NCBI GenBank assembly: GCA_029556475.1
Contig: JAKQEP010000081.1
Coordinates: forward strand, 3,130-67,129
Length of the DNA: 64,000 nucleotides
Reading direction: 5' to 3'
Source of the DNA: Candidatus Atribacteria bacterium
GTDB lineage: Bacteria; Atribacterota; Phoenicimicrobiia; Phoenicimicrobiales; Stramentimicrobiaceae
The translations under genes and the position numbers were made by a program. Position 1 is the first letter of the stretch. Each line of letters opens with the position of its first letter. Below, piece after piece: positions 20,629-29,577 of this stretch. The notes below the pieces were generated by a model that did no database searches, had not been told where the DNA came from, and saw only the letters and a list, made by a program, of their open reading frames with translations.

Positions 20629-21990
20629 TTATAATGGATATTCGCCGCTAAAACAAGCAGTGCAAAAATCAGATGGTTTGTTTTTCTGAAAAACTCCAGT
20701 CAATCCTTCCAAACTGATATAGCCCAGAGAATCGGCTTCTATCAGCTTTCTTAGCGCCTCTATAGAAAAATGGTTAGTCCATAATTCTTTTTTATTCGGT
20801 GTATCTATGCCATATTTACAGGGGAAATCTACCGGGGGAGAGCTAATTCTGACATGTACTTCCTTTGCTCCTGACTTTTTTAATAATTTTACTAATTTAC
20901 GGCTGGTAGTGCCTCTCACAATCGAATCATCAACCATAATTATTTTTTTCCCAGTTACAATACTGGCAATTGCCGAAAGTTTTATCTTAACAGAGTATTC
21001 TCTGAGTGCCTGATCAGGCTGGATAAAAATTCGGCCAATATAGGGATTTTTCATCAGACCTTCCTGATAGGTAATACCTGCCTGATGGGCATAACCTAAA
21101 GCAGCAAACCTACCTGAATCAGGAACTGAGATTACTATATCAGCATCTGCCGGTTGTTCTACCGCTAATCTTGCACCAATTCTTTCCCGGATCTCAGCAA
21201 CATTTTCTCCAAAAACATTACTATCAGGCCGGGCAAAATAAACATGTTCAAAAATACATAAGCTTTTTTTAGTGCAGGGAAGTATTTGTTTTGTCTTAAA
21301 ATTATCCTTTTCAATTACTACCATTTCTCCAGGTTGTATCTCTCTCAAGTAATGAGCTTCAATAATTGAGAAAGCACTATCTTCTGAAGCTATTACATAT
21401 CCATCCTTTATCTTTCCTAAAACAAGAGGGTGAAAACCATAAGAATCCCTTAAGCCTATTAATTTTTTTTCAGTTAAAAGAACCAGGCAAAAAGCTCCCT
21501 TTAATTGTTGTGCCACCTTTTCTAATGCCTTTTCTATATCCTTTTCTTTAGTCGCCTCAATTAGTTTACAGATTAGCCTACTGTCAGTTGGACAACTATT
21601 TGAATTTTTGTAAGGTATGGCCAACATTGAACTTAACTCACTCTGATTGACTAAATTTCCGTTATAAGCCAGGGCAAAAGAACCACCTGAAAAATGGTGT
21701 AATATTGGTTGACTATCTTCCCAGCTATTAGAACCTGCAGAAGAATATCTAACATGACCGATAGCTGCATCTCCATGAAGGGTACCTAATATATCTTTCT
21801 TAAAAACTTCAGTAACCAGACCCAAATCTCTATAAATCAATATATTTTCTCCACCAGCAACGGCTATTCCGGCACTCTCCTGTCCCCTATGCTGAAGAGC
21901 AAGAAGCCCCAAATAACTTAACTGGGCTATATTAGCTTTTACATCTTTAAGGTAAACACCAAAAACGCCACACTCTTCATGCATTATCAA
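20629..21990 (-). CDS. purF: Amidophosphoribosyltransferase
   Basis: N-terminal nucleophile context (HEECGVFGVY), PRPP-binding loop (IIMVDDSIVRGTTS) and C-terminal Cys residues. Overlaps the purL stop by 14 nt. Confidence 0.9.
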   Translation of the reverse strand: MIMHEECGVFGVYLKDVKANIAQLSYLGLLALQHRGQESAGIAVAGGENILIYRDLGLVTEVFKKDILGTLHGDAAIGHVRYSSAGSNSWEDSQPILHHFSGGSFALAYNGNLVNQSELSSMLAIPYKNSNSCPTDSRLICKLIEATKEKDIEKALEKVAQQLKGAFCLVLLTEKKLIGLRDSYGFHPLVLGKIKDGYVIASEDSAFSIIEAHYLREIQPGEMVVIEKDNFKTKQILPCTKKSLCIFEHVYFARPDSNVFGENVAEIRERIGARLAVEQPADADIVISVPDSGRFAALGYAHQAGITYQEGLMKNPYIGRIFIQPDQALREYSVKIKLSAIASIVTGKKIIMVDDSIVRGTTSRKLVKLLKKSGAKEVHVRISSPPVDFPCKYGIDTPNKKELWTNHFSIEALRKLIEADSLGYISLEGLTGVFQKNKPSDFCTACFSGEYPL

Positions 21991-24199
21991 AATTCCTTTC
22001 CCGGGCTTCTAAAATTTGTTCGATTTTTAAATTAACCAGATTACCAAACTTCAGGCTATCTCCCCCCACTTCTCCCAATACCTCTATAGGTGCCTGATAT
22101 TTAAGGGCAATATCTTTTAGCAAAGATAGTTTTTCCTGTGGAAGAGAAACAATAATACAGGATTGAGATTCACCAAAAAGGAGAGCATCATTTCTAGTTT
22201 TTACTCTTTTATCAACTTTTATTCCCACTTTCCCTGCTGAACAGCATTCTGAAAGGGCAATTAATAAACCTCCCTCAGAACAGTCATGGGCAGAAGATAA
22301 TATCCCCAGATCAATACATCTCCGGCAGACATTTTGAACAGACTTTTCCAAATTTAAATCAACTTGGGGAGGTAAGCCTCTTTCTAAATTATGGAATACT
22401 TTTAAGTATTCACTTCCTCCTAACTCCTCTTTATTTTCTCCAATTAATACCACTAAATCGTGCTCATTTTTAAAGGAAAGAGTGCAGATTTTAGAAAAAT
22501 CTTCAATAATTCCCGCCATACCAATAACAGGAGTGGGGAAAATAGCCTCTTTATTACTTTCGTTGTTGAGACTGACATTACCACTGATAACCGGGATCCC
22601 CATTTCCTTAGCGGCTTTGCTAATCCCTTTAACTGCTTCTTCTAACTGCCAGAATATTTCCTCTTTTTCGGGGTTTCCAAAGTTAAGATTATCAGTTATG
22701 GCTAAAGGACGTGCGCCTTTGCAGGATAGATTGCGAGCTGCTTCTGCAACAGCAATTACTCCTCCCACAAATGGATCCAGATAACAATACCTGCCGTTGC
22801 CATCGACGGTAAAAGCGATCGCTTTTTTACTTCCTTCCATTTTTATAATCCCGGCATCATCTCCGGGAAACATAATTACTTCAGTACCAGTAGCACTTGT
22901 TTGATTGAAACCATGGTAAATTCCCTTTTTGCTACAAAGATTTCTGGAAGATAGCAATCCCAGCAAAGCCTGGTTGTAATCCAGGGGTTGTGGTATTTTT
23001 CCCAGATCCAATTTTTGTATTTCTTTAAACTTATCAGAAATTCTTCCTTGATAATGACGATAGGGAGCTCCCTCCGCTAAAGACTTTGCCGGTACTTCGG
23101 CAACTATATTACCCCTTTCTTTTAGTCGTAACAACCCATCTGAAGTCACCCTACCTATAACAGTATAGTCTATGCCCCATTTATCTAATACCAATCCTAT
23201 TTCTTTTAGTTTTTCTTTTCTAGCTATTAATAACATCCTCTCCTGAGTCTCTGAAAGCATTATTTCCCGGGATGTAATGTCTTTTTCTTTTTTTGGCACT
23301 AAAGTCAGGTTTAATTCGATTCCTGAATTACCCTTGCTAGCCATTTCAGAGCTAGAGCTCACCAGACCCGCTGCCCCAAGGTCCTGCATTGCCAGTATCA
23401 GACCATTTGCAACTATTTCCAGGCAGGCTTCTATAATCTTCTTCTTTAAATACGGATTACCCTGTGGAATGGGTGGATGATTGATCTCTTCATCTGATTC
23501 TGATAATTCCCGCGAAGCAAAGCTGGCACTTCCTACCCCATCCCTTCCAGTCCTTTCTCCTGCCAGAATAACAATACTATCGACCTCCTTTGCTGCTGCA
23601 ATAACAATATCTTCCTTTTTTACCAGACCTATGCACATGGCATTTACCAGAGGATTTTCCTGATAACTATCAAGAAAATAGGTCTCTCCGCCTATTACCG
23701 GTACTAAAATATTGTTGGCATAAAAAGCAAGCCCTTTCACTACTTCTTTTACCAGATATTGTATATGAGGGTCTTCCCAATTTCCAAATCGAAGAGAACC
23801 CAAAATGGCTACCGGCCTGGCACCCATAGCCAGAATATCCCTTACAACTCCTCCTATACCGGTAGCAGCTCCATGAAAAGGCTCAACCGCTGAAGGATGG
23901 TTGTGGCTTTCAATTTTCATGACCATTGCCATTCCATCCCCTATGTCAATAGCCCCGGCATTTTCACCAGGTCCAAATAAAACCCATTCAGCATGAGTGG
24001 GGAAATGTCTTAAGAGAAGCTTAGAACTTTTGTAACTGCAATGCTCAGACCACATTGCGGAATATAGCCCTAATTCAACATTGTTCGGCTCTCTATTCAG
24101 AGTCTTCACGATTTCCTGATATTCTATTTCAGTAAGAGCATTTTCCTCCAAAATTCTATTTAAGTTAGCTTTCTGAGAATTAATATTTTTCATAGCCAT
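21977..24199 (-). CDS. purL: Phosphoribosylformylglycinamidine synthase II (small PurL)
   Basis: 740 aa, with SEHCSYKSSK, ESHNHPSAVEP and the duplicated PurM-like fold typical of the small PurL type. Confidence 0.9.
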   Translation of the reverse strand: MAMKNINSQKANLNRILEENALTEIEYQEIVKTLNREPNNVELGLYSAMWSEHCSYKSSKLLLRHFPTHAEWVLFGPGENAGAIDIGDGMAMVMKIESHNHPSAVEPFHGAATGIGGVVRDILAMGARPVAILGSLRFGNWEDPHIQYLVKEVVKGLAFYANNILVPVIGGETYFLDSYQENPLVNAMCIGLVKKEDIVIAAAKEVDSIVILAGERTGRDGVGSASFASRELSESDEEINHPPIPQGNPYLKKKIIEACLEIVANGLILAMQDLGAAGLVSSSSEMASKGNSGIELNLTLVPKKEKDITSREIMLSETQERMLLIARKEKLKEIGLVLDKWGIDYTVIGRVTSDGLLRLKERGNIVAEVPAKSLAEGAPYRHYQGRISDKFKEIQKLDLGKIPQPLDYNQALLGLLSSRNLCSKKGIYHGFNQTSATGTEVIMFPGDDAGIIKMEGSKKAIAFTVDGNGRYCYLDPFVGGVIAVAEAARNLSCKGARPLAITDNLNFGNPEKEEIFWQLEEAVKGISKAAKEMGIPVISGNVSLNNESNKEAIFPTPVIGMAGIIEDFSKICTLSFKNEHDLVVLIGENKEELGGSEYLKVFHNLERGLPPQVDLNLEKSVQNVCRRCIDLGILSSAHDCSEGGLLIALSECCSAGKVGIKVDKRVKTRNDALLFGESQSCIIVSLPQEKLSLLKDIALKYQAPIEVLGEVGGDSLKFGNLVNLKIEQILEARERNFDNA

Positions 24200-24462
24200 T
24201 ATGAGCTCCTTTATTTATTACACCTGCTCCATTTTAACATTTTTACACCTAATTATCTTTTCTGCACCTATGATTTTCTAATCTACTTGTAATATATTTA
24301 ATTTACGGCCCTCTTAAAAAATAATTCACCTGCTTGTTTTAATTTTTAACCAGTACCCTCTATTTCTTACCTGTACCACTGTTTGAATACAATTCAACTT
24401 AAGCCACTTTTATTATATTATACCTTGATATTTTTTTGCTATTTAGATATTTACTTCTCATA

Positions 24463-24948
24463 TTATTGTTTAATTCCTTTATTTATATCCTGAGTTAATA
24501 TTTTTTTTTCCATTTCCTTAATATAAGATGCTAATTTTTTTGAGATTCCATCATCTTGCAGAGCCAAAATTCTGGCTGCCAAGAGGGCAGCATTAGCCGC
24601 ATTATTAATACCTACTGTGGCAACAGGTACCCCTTTAGGCATTTGTACAATAGACAACAAAGAATCTAATCCTTCTAAAGTTGCTGTTTTTATAGGTACT
24701 CCGATAACAGGTAATAAAGTTTTACTGGCAATAACGCCAGGAAGATGTGCCGCACCTCCAGCTCCAGCAATAATAACCCTAAAACCCCTCTGAGAGAACT
24801 GCCCGATATAATGAAAAAGAAAATCTATAGAACGGTGGGCTGAAATAGCCCTAACTTCATAACCAATATCTAATTCCTGCAGGACTTCCGTTGCCTTTTC
24901 CATAATAGGCTGATCAGAAATACTGCCCATAATAATACTTACCTCCAT
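24463..24948 (-). CDS. purE: N5-carboxyaminoimidazole ribonucleotide mutase / AIR carboxylase catalytic subunit
   Basis: 161 aa, with [24 protein letters not shown] and GVPVATV. Confidence 0.9.
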   Translation of the reverse strand: MEVSIIMGSISDQPIMEKATEVLQELDIGYEVRAISAHRSIDFLFHYIGQFSQRGFRVIIAGAGGAAHLPGVIASKTLLPVIGVPIKTATLEGLDSLLSIVQMPKGVPVATVGINNAANAALLAARILALQDDGISKKLASYIKEMEKKILTQDINKGIKQ

Positions 24949-24991
24949 TTAGAACCTCCTTTAAAAATAATTTAACCTAAGATTACTTCTA

Positions 24992-25052
24992 TAAAAAAAT
25001 AAAAACCCAGTAGAGGAGTATTCCAAAAAAGAGTGGAACCTCTCCGCCTGGG
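24992..25052 (-). terminator. Intrinsic terminator serving as the expression platform of the purE leader
   Basis: Minus strand reads CCCAG-gcgg-AGAGG-TTCCA-loop-TGGAA-tact-CCTCT-a-CTGGG, followed by UUUUUAUUUUUUU. The 5' arm overlaps the 3' conserved part of the ykkC-like aptamer. Confidence 0.75.
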
Positions 25053-25162
25053 ATTTTAGCCCTACGGTGTAGTATAAATATACACTTTGCACCACTTGGT
25101 TCAAACCCTGCTTTATAATGCTATTCAGGCTATATAAATCTGGCAGGTGAATCCCTAAGATG
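25036..25162 (-). promoter_or_regulatory. ykkC-family riboswitch aptamer (subtype-2-like; PRPP or ppGpp class suspected)
   Basis: The minus strand reads CUUAGGGAUUCACC ... ACACCGUAGGGCUAAAAUCCCAGGCGGAGAGG. The ykkC consensus blocks are CUAGGGUUCCG ... ACACGG.GGGAUAAAAGCCCGGGAGAG. The element sits in a purine-biosynthesis leader. Confidence 0.6.
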
Positions 25163-25169
25163 CACTTCC

Positions 25170-25240
25170 ACTCGTAGCCCATTGTGATTTACGGTCACTC
25201 GGTAGAGACGCTTCCGCCCTATTCGAAAGCTTATACGAGT
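25170..25240 (-). promoter_or_regulatory. Purine riboswitch aptamer, guanine-type
   Basis: Minus strand reads ACUCGUAUAAGCUUUCGAAUAGGGCGGAAGCGUCUCUACCGAGUGACCGUAAAUCACAAUGGGCUACGAGU. P1 is ACUCGUA/UACGAGU, with a P2 hairpin, J2/3 GUCUCUAC and L3 CCGUAAAU. A C precedes the 3' P1 strand, which indicates guanine specificity. Confidence 0.85.
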
Positions 25241-25265
25241 TTTTAAATTAAAAAAATCTAATGAA

Positions 25266-25294
25266 AATATACCATTCTTATCTATAATTGTCAA
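25266..25294 (-). promoter_or_regulatory. Promoter of the purE leader
   Basis: Minus strand TTGACA (25294-25289), a 17-nt spacer, then TGgTATATT (-10 at 25271-25266). It lies about 25 nt upstream of the aptamer. Confidence 0.65.
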
Positions 25295-25377
25295 ACAGAT
25301 AAAAATTATACTATTAGATAGGACTGAATAGAAGTTTGAGGTCAATACTGAATATTATGATAAATCTATAGCTAATT

Positions 25378-25905
25378 TTAAAAGAATATTAGGCCTATAA
25401 TACCGCAAACTAAAATGATTATGAGTGGGTGTAATTTTTTTTCACAATTAACTAAAAGTAAAAAAGCAGCTGTTGCAATTCCAAAATCTAAGTATCCTCT
25501 GATAACTGCTGAGCCATAGCTCCAGACAGCAAAAAGAATAAGGCTCAATACACCTAATTGTAAACTTTTATTTATTCTGTAAAAGTGGGAATTCTCTTTA
25601 AATTGAGTAATTATAGGGGTTAATAGGGTAAAAAAGATTATTGAAGGCAGTACAACGGCTGCTGTAGCTATTATTGAACCAGCCACTCCTGCCAGCCGGT
25701 AACCGGTAAAAGTTGCAGTATTGATAGATATTGGCCCTGGTGTCATCTGGGCAATTGCAAGTAATTCAGACATTTCCCTGAGGGTCAACCAATTATATTT
25801 AACAACAATTTCATGCTGAATCAAAGGGATTGTAACCAGCCCTCCTCCATAAGCACCAATTCCTATTATTAAAAAACTGATAAATATTTCAAATAAAGAC
25901 TCCAA
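25378..25905 (-). CDS. chrA: Chromate transporter family protein (short-chain, C-terminal-half homologue)
   Basis: 175-aa hydrophobic protein with GAYGGGLVTIP and MTPGPISIN motifs. It pairs with the adjacent half-size gene. Confidence 0.8.
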   Translation of the reverse strand: MESLFEIFISFLIIGIGAYGGGLVTIPLIQHEIVVKYNWLTLREMSELLAIAQMTPGPISINTATFTGYRLAGVAGSIIATAAVVLPSIIFFTLLTPIITQFKENSHFYRINKSLQLGVLSLILFAVWSYGSAVIRGYLDFGIATAAFLLLVNCEKKLHPLIIILVCGIIGLIFF

Positions 25906-25962
25906 TTACTTAATCCCCAATACAAAATTTTTTCTACAACTTTTTTAATATTAAAAATACCT

Positions 25963-26571
25963 TTAACCGGGATAGAACCAATAACCAATCAGGCTTACCA
26001 CTACTAATCCGAATATGGGGTGAAGTTTTAATACTCCCATCATCAGAATTCCTACAGCACATATCACAATGTGTGAGATGCGACGAATCAGTCTTTTACC
26101 AAAAATCAAGCTGGCAAAGGCCAGCTGACCAACAACTGCAATAGCACAACCACGTAAAAAGTTTACAACCTTTGGATAATGAAAAAATGGGAGAAGGAAG
26201 CTTGCTATAAGAAGTATGGTGATAAAAGAAGGCAGGACCACTCCTAATACCGATAGGGTTAAGCCTTTCCATCCTCTTAATTTTTTCCCTAACAAATAGG
26301 CAATATTTACTGAGATAGAGCCCGGAACAATTGTTGCCAGGGCAACAGTAGAAGAAAATTCTGATTCACTCAGCCATTTTCTTTTCAGAACAAGCTCATA
26401 CCTCATAACCGGTGACATTGCAAGACCTCCGCCCAATGTTAATAAACCTACTTTAAAAAATGTTAAAAAAATATCTATTAACAAAATATTTTTTTCTTTA
26501 TGATTTAGTTCAATCTTCTGCATATTCTTTATCCTTTTTCTTCTATTTAAATAGGGCAGTGAGTTTTGCAT
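25963..26571 (-). CDS. chrA: Chromate transporter family protein (short-chain, N-terminal-half homologue)
   Basis: FLTFFKVGLLTLGGGLAMSPVM ... IVPGSISVN. The start may be the internal M17 at 26523. Confidence 0.8.
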   Translation of the reverse strand: MQNSLPYLNRRKRIKNMQKIELNHKEKNILLIDIFLTFFKVGLLTLGGGLAMSPVMRYELVLKRKWLSESEFSSTVALATIVPGSISVNIAYLLGKKLRGWKGLTLSVLGVVLPSFITILLIASFLLPFFHYPKVVNFLRGCAIAVVGQLAFASLIFGKRLIRRISHIVICAVGILMMGVLKLHPIFGLVVVSLIGYWFYPG

Positions 26572-26875
26572 TATTCTGATAATAGTTAATTACCAACAAA
26601 TATGATTGTTTTTACTATTAATTAAAGCATTTTACCCCTATTGGAAACAGATTGCAAATTCAACCAGTATATCAAGATATATTTTAGGGATATTTTTCCC
26701 CTAATAAAAAGAATATATAGCAGAATTTTTTTATAGCTCTCTAAGAGATAAAAATGAATTAGGGAGATATGTTTTTTAGGATAAATTAATGGAAAATATC
26801 TACACTTACTTAAAGAAATTATAATGATAGTAGTAGTAGTAAAATTACTTTATAACATGCGGACTTTGCAGATAT

Positions 26876-27586
26876 TTATTCAGAATTGAATTTCCTGAAG
26901 GGGCATTTCGAGAGAGAACAATAATTACAAGAAAATTCATTACGATAGGAATGGAGCAGATTCTGACCCATAGCACGAATCCAGGATAAAGATTTTACCG
27001 GTTGCATCATATAGTAGGAATTTAAATTTACTCCAATTTGTTCAGGCCGAAGTATAGCAAATACTTTCTTTTGCTCCTCTACATCCCAATCGCCTGAACC
27101 TGGTTCAAAATAACGAGAGAGTTTAAATCCTTGCTGATTGGTATTCCTCTCCAGGAAATGATTTAACCATTGTCCAACTGTTTTTACAGCAACCGTTCCC
27201 ACTGCATCCATTACTATAGCTTTGAGATACTGTTTCTGTTTAAATCTCTCCTGAACAATTTGCTCAATTTTTGGTCCAATAGTTGCTATTGCAAAAAGGA
27301 GGTATTGTGCATTTTGGAAAAACCCAACCACACTTTTATTCACTAAAAACTGGTACCCCTGCGCAGTTATGATAACTCCCTCTTCTGAAATAGAATTGAT
27401 GGGAATAAAACGATAAATACCTCTATTCTCCAATAAGAGATTGACTATCTTAATCTCTTCTCTGATAATATTTTGAATTTCAATCTGGCCAATATAGCTT
27501 GAGTCCTTTTTATCACCAAGATAACGGTATACTTCTTCTTCGGCAATTCTTATGGGAATATTTTTGATAATCTTTATTTTTTCCAT
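26876..27586 (-). CDS. Stand-alone methionine synthase (MetH) reactivation-domain-like protein
   Basis: 236 aa. The FEPGSGDWDVEEQKKVFAIL...IGVNLNSYYMMQPVKSLSWI pattern resembles the vitamin-B12-dependent methionine synthase activation region. C-terminal CNYCSLSKC motif. Confidence 0.7.
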   Translation of the reverse strand: MEKIKIIKNIPIRIAEEEVYRYLGDKKDSSYIGQIEIQNIIREEIKIVNLLLENRGIYRFIPINSISEEGVIITAQGYQFLVNKSVVGFFQNAQYLLFAIATIGPKIEQIVQERFKQKQYLKAIVMDAVGTVAVKTVGQWLNHFLERNTNQQGFKLSRYFEPGSGDWDVEEQKKVFAILRPEQIGVNLNSYYMMQPVKSLSWIRAMGQNLLHSYRNEFSCNYCSLSKCPFRKFNSE

Positions 27587-27627
27587 AACAATTTTTATTA
27601 AATATCATTTGAGAGCGTTAAAAAAAA

Positions 27628-29514
27628 TTATCTTTCCAAATTGAAAATCATTGATTTGGTAAAAGTCTCAGAAAAACTATGCTGAGCAGAAAGTTCAACA
27701 TAGTGGACTTTCTGAGAGAGAGATTCAGCCATATTCCTCATATCCTCTGACAGCAATAATTTGATGGCTCCTCTTCCAGCAGCATTACCTATAGAGAATA
27801 TTTTTTCAGAAGAAATATGCGGAATAAGACCGATAGCCAGGGTGTTGTCCTTATCCAGTAAACTGCCGAAAGATCCGGCTAATAAGACCTCATCAATATC
27901 ATCTTTTTTGAGCCGCGCCTGTTCAAGTAAAATACTGATTCCTGCCCTCACAGCACCTTTTGCCAGCTGAACTTCCCTGATATCCTTCTGTGTTAGGAAA
28001 ATAGGTTTCCCCTCGGCTGATTGTTCTTTTGGAACAATTAAAAATTTGTTACTTTTACACTCTTTTACGATTCTTTCTTTAATTTGTTCAGAAATCCCTT
28101 TAGGACATTCTTCTTGATTAACCAAACGACCATCGGACTTGATTAATTGTAATTTCAGTAAGCTGGCAATCAGGTCAATTATTCCTGAACCACATAATCC
28201 CGCAGCTCGAGTCTGTTCAATAACCTGATACCTTATTTTGTGTTCAGTAATTATTATCCTATCTATTGCCCCCCTGATAGCTCTCATGCCTGAACTGATT
28301 CTTGCTCCTTCAAAGGCAGGTCCAGCAGCCGCTGAACAGGCCCAAATCTTGTCATCACCCTTTAAGACTATCTCACCGTTAGTTCCTAAATCTACCATCA
28401 GTATGTTATTGTTTTTTCCCCATATATTTATATCTATCAGGTCGGCAATAATATCACCACCAATATAGGCTGATACATTCGGAGTACTATATACCTTTGC
28501 ATGAGGAATAAGGCATAAATCAGGCAAATCTCGGGCTTCTTTAAATATTTCATCAGTTAAAACAGGGATATAGGGCGAGAAGGCCAGACTTTCTGTAGGT
28601 AGAGACCATAAAAAATGGTGCATAGCTGTATTGCCCACCAATACTGCAAAATAAATCCGAGAAAGGTTAATCCCTGTCTTTCGCGACAGGGATGTAATTA
28701 TCTGATTTAAGAAAGATATTAATTCCTGCTGAATTATATTTCTATTGGTAGCATTTTTTCCGGCAAAACCAACTCGAGAAATTACATCATCACCATAAAT
28801 ATACTGAGGGTTGCTACCTGCTTCAGCTACAATCTGTTTACCGGTACTAAAATCTATTAGATATCCGGCAATCGTGGTGGTCCCTATATCAAAAGCCACC
28901 CCATACATCTCTTTGCTGGTATTCCCTGGTTCAACTGAAATAACTTCATTCTTATAAAGAACAATGGTCATACCATAATTATTATCCCTCAATAATTGAG
29001 ATACATTGCCTAAAATATCTGGTGCTATAAACCATCTTTCTTTTTTAATTTTTGCTACTCTGTTCAGTTCATCCTTTATTCTGGTCCAATCAGAAGACTG
29101 GTTTTTTAAAGTAGGAGGATTGAGTCTAAGAAAGTATTTTTTAATAGGGATAACTGGTTTAAATTCATAATGGGATAAATGAGAAATTGATTTCTCTTCG
29201 ATTTTAGAATTGTTGTTCCTCATCAATACAGATGATGGAATGGTAATGGTACTATTATGATACAGATGACATTGACAGGCCAGGCGAAACCCTTCTTTTA
29301 TCTCTTCTTCTGAAAGTTGTTTCTTTTCTGTTAGATTGAGCAGACTGCCTTTAATAGCTGTAGAAGATACTTTAACTCTGCATTTACCACAGCTTCCCTG
29401 GCCACCACAGGTCGTAACAATACTAATCTTGGCCTGTTTAAGCACATCCAGTAATAGTGTTCCTGAAGGAACATTGATTATCTTTGCTCCGGGATTAATT
29501 GTAATTTCAATCAT
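27628..29514 (-). CDS. RACo-like corrinoid reductive activase (2Fe-2S ferredoxin domain plus ASKHA ATPase, DUF4445 type)
   Basis: The N-terminus has CGGQGSCGKCRV (plant-type 2Fe-2S). The ASKHA motifs are GVAFDIGTTTIAGYL, MVDLGTNGEIVL and AAAGPAFEG. Confidence 0.8.
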   Translation of the reverse strand: MIEITINPGAKIINVPSGTLLLDVLKQAKISIVTTCGGQGSCGKCRVKVSSTAIKGSLLNLTEKKQLSEEEIKEGFRLACQCHLYHNSTITIPSSVLMRNNNSKIEEKSISHLSHYEFKPVIPIKKYFLRLNPPTLKNQSSDWTRIKDELNRVAKIKKERWFIAPDILGNVSQLLRDNNYGMTIVLYKNEVISVEPGNTSKEMYGVAFDIGTTTIAGYLIDFSTGKQIVAEAGSNPQYIYGDDVISRVGFAGKNATNRNIIQQELISFLNQIITSLSRKTGINLSRIYFAVLVGNTAMHHFLWSLPTESLAFSPYIPVLTDEIFKEARDLPDLCLIPHAKVYSTPNVSAYIGGDIIADLIDINIWGKNNNILMVDLGTNGEIVLKGDDKIWACSAAAGPAFEGARISSGMRAIRGAIDRIIITEHKIRYQVIEQTRAAGLCGSGIIDLIASLLKLQLIKSDGRLVNQEECPKGISEQIKERIVKECKSNKFLIVPKEQSAEGKPIFLTQKDIREVQLAKGAVRAGISILLEQARLKKDDIDEVLLAGSFGSLLDKDNTLAIGLIPHISSEKIFSIGNAAGRGAIKLLLSEDMRNMAESLSQKVHYVELSAQHSFSETFTKSMIFNLER

Positions 29515-29577
29515 CTTTTTACATTATTCATTGGTATGATTATTTCGGAAGAGATGTTGTTATTATACTTTACTGCT

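Noticed and set aside
24200-24462. Search for a hidden purS or other small gene, or a second riboswitch, in the purE-purL spacer
   Set aside because: All frames on the minus strand are interrupted within about 25 codons. I recognised no conserved RNA motif or stable hairpin.
25044-25052. CCGCCTGGG on the plus strand, reminiscent of the 3' conserved block of the ZTP (pfl) riboswitch that regulates purine genes
   Set aside because: It is on the wrong strand relative to the pur operon, and there is no matching 5' GGGUCGUGACUGGCG-type subdomain. The complement is part of the ykkC-like 3' block and terminator arm.
25098-25108. GGTTCAAACCC, a tRNA T-arm-like sequence
   Set aside because: I could not build flanking acceptor, D or anticodon arms. 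It lies inside the riboswitch leader on the opposite strand.
24961-25345. Two track ORFs (73 aa and 71 aa, minus strand) between purE and chrA
   Set aside because: They lie exactly over the promoter, guanine aptamer, ykkC-like aptamer and terminator of the purE leader. Neither has an SD and neither looks like a protein. The RNA explanation accounts for the sequence.
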